64,000 nt of DNA. Source: Eledone cirrhosa. Taxonomy: Eukaryota. Below are positions 1 through 9,873 of this stretch, one piece after another. The number at the start of each line of letters is the position of its first letter. Position 1 is the stretch's first letter. The translations under genes were made by a program, and so were the position numbers. Location of the stretch: NCBI GenBank assembly GCA_964016885.1, contig OZ024750.1, positions 50,530,001 to 50,594,000 of the forward strand, given 5' to 3'. The notes under the pieces are model-generated. The model did not search any database, was not told the origin of the DNA, and was given only the letters and a program-made list of their open reading frames with translations.

Positions 1-153
1 ACAATAGAATTAATCCGCGAAGAGATTAGGAACTGAATTCTAGGGTCTAGGTATTATGGTTTCACAATGGAAGTTAAAATTGGTAGTAAGATTGAAAATT
101 TAAAATGAAGAGATAAAATCTTGATTGAAGCTAATAATATATATATATATATA

Positions 154-613
<460 letters not shown>

Positions 614-723
614 CTACTGTACGTCTGTATACACATATCTATGTACGTATACATACTTATATTTAAGTAACAGCCGTACTAAGAGTGAGAAATGAAATTT
701 CGTTTCATTTTTTTCCGTTTATA

Positions 724-749
<26 letters not shown>

Positions 750-754
<5 letters not shown>

Positions 755-925
755 TTGAAAAAAAGGAAAAGAATGAATGCACTTGTGTTAAATAATTTGA
801 TTTAATTATATAATATTATAATATTATAAAATTAAATCAAATTATTTAACACTACAAGTGATGTCATTCTTTTCCTTTTTTTCAAATATACCTAACTGTA
901 CCAAGGATCTCATACATTCACCAAT
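750..925. repeat. Fold-back element (palindrome 750-890 plus ~35-nt tail) between (TA)n tracts
   Basis: TTGAAAAAAAGGAAAAGAATGA...GTTAAATAATTTGATTTAATT pairs with AATTAAATCAAATTATTTAAC...TCATTCTTTTCCTTTTTTTCAA. Confidence 0.8.
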
Positions 926-952
926 ATATATATATATATATATATATTTGTT

Positions 953-2320
953 TTGCGAGGTTTTTTATATGAGGTAAGAAAAATGGTCGCGCATGAAATA
1001 GGGGCTAGTATTAAAACTACCCTACAGGGCCACGTATTCAAATTCAACGAAAAGATCTACACCCAATATAAGGGAGCAGCCATTGGCGTCAGCATAGCTG
1101 GGGACGTTGCCAACGTTTTTATGGTATGGTGGGAAAGGAGACTCAAATATATGCTTGATGAGAGCTCCATAGACCTCATCATGTACTCTCGTTACATAGA
1201 CGATATTAATATATTAATAAGGACACCCCCACAAGAGAGTACTAACAAGTATGATTTAGAATGTAGCACAATGGAAAGCATCCAGCAGATAGCTAACTCC
1301 ATACACCAGAGTATCACTGTAACTATCGACTACCCTTCCAAACACCCTAACAATAGACTACCTGTATTAGACACGGAACTCTGGATTAACACTATAGACG
1401 AGAGGGACCAAATTCACACTACTATAAACCCGTGGCCTCCAAATACTTGATACTCAAAATCTCAGCAATGTCCCGCAGTGCTAAGTTTAATATTCTGATC
1501 GCAGACTTGGTATGAGTGATTAAGAACGTGTCCCGCATGTGCGACCCAACTGAAATTGCAAGACACATCCAACACTTCATCAACCGCATGCAGTTGACAG
1601 AATCAGAGACAGAATCAGAGTATTCAAAGGAGCCACGGAGAAGTATAAGACCCTCTTAGAACTGGACATGAAAGGAATTTGCCCATTATACAGGAGCAAA
1701 TCGTGGAATAGCTTAGATAGGACTAAACATAAGATAGGGAAAGCAACCTCATGGTACGACAACCAGAGATACCAGAGTTTCATGTTCGTGGACGCTACCC
1801 CTGGAGTGAAATTAGCTAACAAGTGTAGAAAGGCCATGAGAAAGACCCACTTAAAGATTAAAGTGGTAGAAAGCCAGGAACTACCATAAAATCCCTGATC
1901 AGCAAAACATACCCTTTTAAGAAAACCCACTGTAATAATAGGAAATGTGTTATATGTAAAGTAAACCCCCAGATAAACTGAAAACTAGAAACGTAGTCTA
2001 TAGCATAAAATGTACAGAGGGTACTTGCAGAAACATGACAATAACATACATAGGCCGACAGATCGAAGCATAGGAGAAGTGATAGACCAACACTGGGGGG
2101 AATTAAAAGGACGAAAAAACGGTTCAGTGCTATACGAACACGCCAGACAACAACATGACGCTAACATAGACAACATAGAAATTAAAATAATATCTAAACA
2201 TAGAAATGACACAACAGATAGGCAAATCAGATAGGCAAGCGAAATAGAGCTTGCAAAGTCAAAGCTAAACAGAAAAAATGAATGGAATAACAACAACACC
2301 CAAACAAACAATACTGACTT
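953..2320 (+). pseudogene. 5'-truncated, degraded Penelope-like element (RT C-half + Cys linker + GIY-YIG; Neptune-like)
   Basis: RT motifs YTQYKGAAIGVSIAGDVANVFM, RYIDD, LPVLDTELW. Linker CNNRKCVIC. GIY-YIG remnants NVVYSIKC, YIGR and HARQQH. Several frameshifts and stops. Confidence 0.9.
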
Positions 2321-2333
2321 AAGAGAAATATAA

Positions 2334-2380
<47 letters not shown>

Positions 2381-2569
2381 AACACAACACACACATATAA
2401 ACACACACTAGTAAACTAAGATATAATACAATAATCGAAACACAGTCACCCAAACGCGAACACACACGCAAACGTATGCGCAGAGAAGAAGACAAAATAA
2501 ATAAATAAATAAATAAACCGATAAAATAAAAATGGCGTAGATATACAATACAACAGGAGGAACATAATA

Positions 2570-2614
2570 TAACCACTGATGATGTTGCAAATGTGCAACG
2601 AAAGAACTTTGTTA
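2570..2614 (+). ncRNA. Degenerate minimal hammerhead ribozyme in the 3' UTR/pLTR of the Penelope fragment
   Basis: TAACCA-CTGATGA-t-GTTGCA(aatg)TGCAAC-GAAA-GAACT-T-TGTTA. Stem I lacks one G and stem III is weak. Confidence 0.6.
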
Positions 2615-2745
2615 GACTATATATATGTATTTATATCTTTATTTTTGACCGTTCGTCAGTAAATGATAAACATTGACCAAATGAATTAACTGTGGAGGTA
2701 TAACAGTTACAGAAGCTAAAACCAACCAAACAGGGAGTGCGTTCT

Positions 2746-2809
2746 GTTATTATTTCTGGCAATTCGGCCCTTGTGGCCAATAAATGAAATCGTTATTATT
2801 TCTGGCAAT
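2746..2809 (+). mobile_element. 28-bp 3'-terminal Tx1/L1 micro-insertion with 18-bp target-site duplication
   Basis: TSD GTTATTATTTCTGGCAAT at 2746-2763 and 2792-2809 flanks TCGGCCCTTGTGGCCAATAAATGAAATC, which matches the Tx1 3' end at ~21962-21983. Confidence 0.8.
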
Positions 2810-3055
2810 ATTATTACAATAATATGACCCTCCCCAAGTATAACTATATATATATATATATATATGTAGATAAATCTACCAAGAGTTTACGGTAGTGTCC
2901 AATCCGTATGAAGAACTCAATGTATTCCGGATATCATGGAAAGAAGAGATGTAATGAAAATCCAATTTCGGTGAAAGATAAACGGTATACAGAGTCAAGA
3001 TAAAATATTAAACAAATAATGAACAAACAATTCCTTATATTAAACAAAAAAAGTT

Positions 3056-3206
3056 CACTATTTAACGATCGTTTCTAGGGTATATATGTGCTATAATTGG
3101 TATGCATATTTAACAGATCTATGTACAAAATTATACAAAATTATACAAATTATCAAGATTAAATATACATACCTAACACATATATACGCCGTCTTCAGAA
3201 ATAATG
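3056..3206 (-). ncRNA. Type I hammerhead ribozyme with ~116-nt extended stem II
   Basis: Minus strand: CATTATTT-CTGAAGA-[GTATATATGTG/CACATATATAC and GGTATGTATATTTAA/TTAAATATGCATACC helices]-GAAA-CGATCG-TT-AAATAGTG. Stem III is the palindrome ACGATCGT. Confidence 0.75.
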
Positions 3207-3978
3207 AAGTATATTTATTGATAATAACAACAATTCAAAATATCAGTTCAAAATTGACCAATGAAAACACAAAGGGTTAAAAAGCAGTTTGGTGTGTGTA
3301 TATACATGTAAAACCCTACACACATTTTACAATAATGTGTGTATAATATGTATGTGCATACTAAAAAGATGGATGCAAATAAAAAATTTCAAGGTTAATA
3401 TCTCTGTAAGCTTAATGCGCTGATAAGAAACGCAATGATACTTATGTAGTCAAGCATATAAATATATTTTTTTCATACTCACACATATCAGTATAATCAC
3501 ACATACATGTGCGTATATATATAAGTATACACATAACCACGAACACACAAACACACACACACCCCCCACTCACATTTATATATGTGGATATAAAATCATA
3601 AGCAAATAGAAATTAAGTCACTCACATAAACACACTGGTACACACATTTTTCAAGATCAAGATACAGAAATTAGGTGGGAGGGGGGGGGAGGGGTCAGTA
3701 TTAGGTTGTCAGACAGACAGCCTAATATAAATGTATCTATAAATTATGAAAAATAAAAAAATAAAAACAATAAAATATATTACATATAATATAATGTACA
3801 TACGCATACAGATATACATACACATACGTACATGTACGCGCACATAGAGATATCTACACATACATACATACACACATACCTATACTGTCATACACACACA
3901 TACATTTACACGAACATACACATACACATATAAAAAGATAAAAATACGGACACACACACGCGCAACACATACATACAT

Positions 3979-4027
<49 letters not shown>

Positions 4028-4142
4028 TATACACACACACACATAGACTCATATATATATACATACACATACATATACTTATACATAAACATATATATCC
4101 CACACTCATACCACCATGAAAACACATACAAACATCCAGATG

Positions 4143-4186
<44 letters not shown>

Positions 4187-4579
4187 AACATACACACACG
4201 TACACATATATGCATATATACATACATATATACACACATACGCATATACATATATATACACACACACATAAAATACAGACATGCACATATATATACATAT
4301 ATATACATATACATTTCATTACCCTTATATATACACATAGTATATATACATACACAACCTCACTTATACACATATACACATAAGTTATATTACAATAATA
4401 ATAAAGAATAATATATATATATATATATAATATACATATATATACACACATATACACATATACATACATACACATACATATACATACATACATACACATA
4501 CATACATACACCTAAATATAAACATATATAAATACACACATACGAATAAAGACATATATTCACACATAGACACCTATAT

Positions 4580-4623
<44 letters not shown>

Positions 4624-4711
4624 ATATACACACACATACACATACATACACATATATATATATATATACACATATATACACACGCACACACATACAGACA
4701 CACATACACAC

Positions 4712-4746
<35 letters not shown>

Positions 4747-6431
4747 TGTATGTGAGTGTGCGCAAATACATACATATATATACACACACACATACAAACA
4801 CACACAAACACATACATATGCATACATGCACACACATACACATATATCACATAGATACGAAGATAAACATATAAATAGAGAGACATACAAATATATACAG
4901 AACCCATATACACATACATGCAAACACGCATATACATATATACATATATACACACATATATATTCCTATATACAAGCATACACATACGCACACATATATA
5001 CATATACCTACACATATATATACCACACATTCACATACACGTACATATATAATACATATATATACATACATATACATACATATGTATGTACAATCATATA
5101 TACACACTCAATCTTACATTCATATTTACATGCTCATATATGTATTTTTATATCTAGAAATAAATACCAAAAAAACTATATAGACACCCATCTACCCAAA
5201 TTCATACATATACACTTACAAAAACAGATGATAATAGTATGGGGGAAAGGGGGGGGTTTGGAGAAGGGGATCAAAGTAAATATATGTTTCAAGAAACCTA
5301 TAATATTTTCCATATCTTAATTCAATGTATGTTCCTACATATTTTCAATGCTAGGAAATACGAAATCTATGCATCACAAAATAAAAAAGTATACCATTAA
5401 TCATATGTCAACTAAACCAAAGATAGTCAACATATTGATTTCCAAGGTGTAAATTAGTTAGGTTTATAATATTTGAAGCAGAATTATGAAGTCAAACAGT
5501 AGTAGAATATTAATTACATTATAACTAAATTAAAGTTAATAATAGGGAAAAGAAACCCAAATAAAAATAAAATAAAGTATTACATCGGTAGTAGCATATA
5601 AATTATATGTTAACTAAGTTAAAAATTATATATTTATTTCAATAGTATATGTTAATTAGTATATGTTAATTAGGTATACAATACATAAAGCAGATATTGT
5701 ATTTCATCAATAGCATAATATAATTATATGCAAATAAAAATCAAAATTAATACGCATACACATACATATACATACACATACACATACATATACATATACA
5801 TACACATATATATATATATATATATACATATATATACACACATACATACATATATAGTCACATAAATATACATACAGATACACATACAATACACACATAT
5901 ACATATACATATAGATATACATATCTTTTCCAAAAAATTTGCACAGAATATATTAACTAGGTATATATCCAAAAACACCTCCCATTCTATGATTACATGA
6001 AATTCTGCAATTCGTCTGTACAAGGATACTAATTTTAAGCAAATTAAAATTAAAATTAAAGTTTTAGGTTGATTAAAGCTAAAACCAAATAATAAATATA
6101 TTTCCAAAATGTATATTAATTAGGTCAATAATACTAAAAATTCTTTCTCCGTCATAGGATACATGATATTATTTTGTTATATTTTATCTGTAAAAGAATT
6201 ATAATAAAAAAAATTTTATAATAAAAGGTTAAACTAAATTAAAAAATTATAATAAAAGGTTAAAATAAGTTAAAATTAAACTATAAATTAAATTACTGAA
6301 TATATATTAGTAATATTTAAAGGTTTTTCAAAATTAATGATTACATAATATTTTCTCATCTGTAATAAAATATTAATTAAATTTATAGGTTAACTAACAT
6401 TTAAATTAAATTAAATTCTAGAATAATGTTA

Positions 6432-8435
6432 TTAATTAGGTTTATAATATTTAAATGTTTTTTTTAGTTTATGATTACACGATATAATTAATTCCTGTCT
6501 TTTATTTAATAAGATATCCCTAGACTTCATTATTTCAAATAGTTCTTGGGAACATAATCTACATTCCTTTCTATTATTTTGATAAGGGGTGGCTCTTTTG
6601 AGCACACTCCAGGTCAAATCATATTTTATATTTTTATTTTTATAACTATTGATTTTTTCTGCTAGAGATGTTGTATTAGCCAGTGCGGCATTTTTAAAGC
6701 TATGTTTGTGGGTATTATACCTTGTCTTAAAATTGTTAGAGGTAGCTCCTATATATGAGCAAATAGAATCTTTAGTTTTAACATTACATTTATAGACTAT
6801 GTTGTTAACAAGACAATTCCCTTTTAATGGGCAGTTTGTTTTGTTTCTACAGTTACATCCTTTCGTTAATTCTGTATTTGAGGAGATATTATTGTTAATT
6901 TGATGTACTGGTGGTATACTTATAGTTTTCTTACATTTATATGCATTATATGCACTTATATTTTGTTTTATGTTATTTGTTGTAGAATATGAGAATTTAA
7001 CTGTAGACCTATTTAAGATTTGATGGTATTTGTGGTTTGGCGGGAAGTTTTTCTCAAGGATATAAAAAAATTTTTTAGCAATATTATCCTTAACTTGTAA
7101 ATTAAAAGGAGCATTATACCAAGTAACTCGTCTATTACGGTTTCTATGTTGTTTATTATTTTTATTATTTTTATATGTTGTATCATGATTTTTACTAGGA
7201 GGAATAATGTTAATGATCTCACCACAACTATTTTTAGTTATATTTGTAGATTTAGGTGTTTTATCTTTTTTATTAGGAGTTTTATTATTAATATTTATTA
7301 TAGTCTTATGATGAGTAGTTTTTTGAGGGTTACTATACTTTATATTAGAAGATTTAGTATTTTGGGGTATACTGTGGGTGGCATTTAGGTGTGTACCTTT
7401 CATTTGGTGTTTGTTGGTAATATTATGCTGTATGTTTTCAGTATTTTTAGTAGAAGTTATATACTCTAATCTATTTTTGTGGCCACTTCTATCTAGAGCT
7501 TCATTATAAAAGGTCGCATTTTTATCAAATACATCTTGGTTAGAAGAAAGGTTAGAAATTCTAAGTGATATATTATATGCAAGGTTTTTAAGGATAGATT
7601 TAGGGTGATTAGATTGTGAGTGTATGTAATGTAAGTTTTGGTTAGGTTTATGGTAAGGTTGGTATATACCCGTAGCTAAATCTAAAGTTATATCTAGGAA
7701 ATTTACTACTTTACTTGTTTTTTCAAAAGTAATATTAAGATTATAATAGTCCTTAAGGAAAGTTCTAATATGCTTTTTGTTTTTTTCGATTTCTGAAAGG
7801 CTAAGGTTGTTAGAAAGAAGAAGACAGTCATCACGATATAAACCACCTTTGAGGTGGGGAAAAGAGGCATTTATGTTGAAAAGGAGAAAGAGGCCCACAA
7901 GATCAGTAATTTGGGCAGAATCGCTTGAACCCATAGTAATATCAAAAAGATTACTATAAGTGTTTCTGGTCCAGTATTCATTCTGAAATTCAATAAGTGT
8001 TTGTCTAGCATGTGTAATAATGTTAATGTCATCCGAAGTTAAATTAGATCTATTTTTAGCAAATATTAATGCTTTGTTCAGGAGTATGGGTGATATAGAA
8101 GAATAATAGTTATCTATATCAAACTGTAGGAAAGAAGCAGAAGATTTACACCTAATATTTTTAAACCAATTAATTACCTGGGAGGTGTTTTCCCAGAGTG
8201 GTAAAATAACGTATTTTCTTATTTGTGGGATGACTCTATCTAAAATTTTTTTGCTAATTATTCCAATATCTGATTTGGAGGGACATATAAGTCTAATAGA
8301 AGGATTAGAGTTAAAGTTAGATTTGTGATCTTTCAGGTTGAAGTGTGGACTTCTCAATGCCAACTTGATAATTTGTATAATTTTGTATAATTTTGTACAT
8401 AGATCTGTTAAATATGCATACCAATTATAGCACAT
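6432..8435 (-). CDS. Penelope-like RT + GIY-YIG endonuclease (Naiad-type); the first 24 aa derive from the inverted segment
   Basis: KDHKSNF..IRLICPSKSDIG, FLQFDIDNYYSSI, ITMGSSDSAQITDLVG, GGLYRDD, VNFLDITLDL, VTWYNAPF, CNCRNKTNCPLKGNC, IVYKC..YIG, RYNTH, CRLC, CNH. No internal stops. Confidence 0.9.
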   Translation of the reverse strand: MCYNWYAYLTDLCTKLYKIIQIIKLALRSPHFNLKDHKSNFNSNPSIRLICPSKSDIGIISKKILDRVIPQIRKYVILPLWENTSQVINWFKNIRCKSSASFLQFDIDNYYSSISPILLNKALIFAKNRSNLTSDDINIITHARQTLIEFQNEYWTRNTYSNLFDITMGSSDSAQITDLVGLFLLFNINASFPHLKGGLYRDDCLLLSNNLSLSEIEKNKKHIRTFLKDYYNLNITFEKTSKVVNFLDITLDLATGIYQPYHKPNQNLHYIHSQSNHPKSILKNLAYNISLRISNLSSNQDVFDKNATFYNEALDRSGHKNRLEYITSTKNTENIQHNITNKHQMKGTHLNATHSIPQNTKSSNIKYSNPQKTTHHKTIININNKTPNKKDKTPKSTNITKNSCGEIINIIPPSKNHDTTYKNNKNNKQHRNRNRRVTWYNAPFNLQVKDNIAKKFFYILEKNFPPNHKYHQILNRSTVKFSYSTTNNIKQNISAYNAYKCKKTISIPPVHQINNNISSNTELTKGCNCRNKTNCPLKGNCLVNNIVYKCNVKTKDSICSYIGATSNNFKTRYNTHKHSFKNAALANTTSLAEKINSYKNKNIKYDLTWSVLKRATPYQNNRKECRLCSQELFEIMKSRDILLNKRQELIISCNHKLKKTFKYYKPN

Positions 8436-8512
8436 ATATACCCTAGAAACGATCGTTAAATAGTGAACTTTTTTTGTTTAATATAAGGAATTGTTTGTTC
8501 ATTATTTGTTTA

Positions 8513-8569
<57 letters not shown>

Positions 8570-8575
<6 letters not shown>

Positions 8576-9382
8576 TTAGAAACACACAGATACATGCGGA
8601 CACACACATATATACATGAATGCATCCGCACCCAACTGTGAGTTAAGGGTGCCAACTTCACCGATGTTGCTCAATGAATGACTGGGACAGACCAATTCAG
8701 TTTGAACCAGACTGAACCAGTATCAGAGTTAAAAATACATTATGAAGAGAGAAGAAACATTTAGATATAATTAGTAATAAAATGTATCATACCTAAACTG
8801 TTCCTAAATTCCTCGACTACGTAGTTTCGTGGCATAAACAAAAACAATATATCAAAGATATAGAGTCCTTGCGAGGTCTGCCGACTTATCAAGAGGATAC
8901 CTCATTTTACTAGTCTCAAGAACGCGTCTACACGACGTGAGAAAGAATCCCAAAAGGCGGAGGGGGAGATAGTCACGCGATATAACGGTCGAGAAACAGA
9001 GCTAAGCCTCTTATAACCACGAAAAAAATACCACGGAGGCGGAGGGGGTATTCATATCGAGGCCGTAGAAGAGGTAGTGAAGAAGGCGAGAAGTATGAGT
9101 AATGGAAGCTTTCCAGTTGTCCCCACACTTCAAAGATTGCTTGACCAGAGGGAGTTATTAATACATTTAGAAACACACAGATACATGCGGACACACACAT
9201 ATATACATGAATGCATCCGCACCCAACTGTGAGTTAAGGGTGCCAACTTCACCGATGTTGCTCAATGAATGACTGGGACAGACCAATTCAGTTTGAACCA
9301 GACTGAACCAGTATCAGAGTTAAAAATACATTATGAAGAGAGAAGAAACATTTAGATATAATTAGTAATAAAATGTATCATA
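8570..9382 (-). mobile_element. Non-coding 591-bp monomer in partial tandem (222-bp direct repeats) carrying an HHR; retrozyme or non-autonomous PLE derivative
   Basis: 8570-8791 is apparently identical to 9161-9382. There is no credible ORF, an HHR sits at 8810-8897, and (TA)n flanks both sides. Confidence 0.8.
8810..8897 (-). ncRNA. Type I hammerhead ribozyme, U3-A8 variant, branched stem II, GUC cleavage site
   Basis: Minus strand: TCCTC-TTGATAA-GTcGGCA...TGCCAC-GAAA-CTACGTAG-TC-GAGGA. Stem III is the palindrome ACTACGTAGT. Predicted cut is between 8815 and 8814. Confidence 0.8.
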
Positions 9383-9873
9383 TATATATATATATATAAA
9401 TAGGAAGATGTGTAAATTATAGTTTAAAATTATGAAAAGGGGATCAATATTGTATATTACAGATATATTATTCAGATATTGTCCATATATTATCCATATA
9501 TATATATGTATACACATAGAGAAAGAGGTTATATAGATAGAGTCCAGATAGACAGACAGATAAATATATATATATAGAGAGAAAGATGAATAGATATAAA
9601 GAAAGAAAAAAAGAAAGAAAGATAGATAGATAGATAGATTTCTTTATTAGCCACAAGGGCGCACAAGAAAAGGGGACAATACAAAGAAATGCTGGGGATT
9701 TTACATACAGTCGTGTAACAAATATAAAAACAAACAATTACAACAATCGAAATCCCCAATAGAGGGGAGGCGCCACAAATGGGTTGTTTAATAACCCCGT
9801 CGATAGAACAACCCTCAACTCCAAGAACGTGTTATGCAAGTGCACCTTTCTTCCTTTTGCTCTCTTCTTCAAT

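Larger units (their letters stand above)
2865..8521 (-). mobile_element. Naiad-like Penelope element 1 with long 3' region and 5' inverted segment
   Basis: RT-GIY-YIG ORF at 6432-8363. 8364-8521 is an apparently identical inverted copy of 3000-3157. A sense-strand HHR lies near the 3' end, and (TA)n bounds both sides. Confidence 0.85.

Noticed and set aside
3854-5320. Numerous YIYI/CVCV/HTHT ORFs (also 26243-28828, 34264-34654, 39860-40542, 62779-63651)
   Set aside because: Translations of TA/CA/TG microsatellites, which lack stop codons by composition.
6432-8435. Selenocysteine recoding, reported for some Naiads
   Set aside because: No in-frame TGA. Conserved Cys are TGT/TGC in both Naiad-like ORFs, and the stop in element 2 is TAA at a Tyr position.
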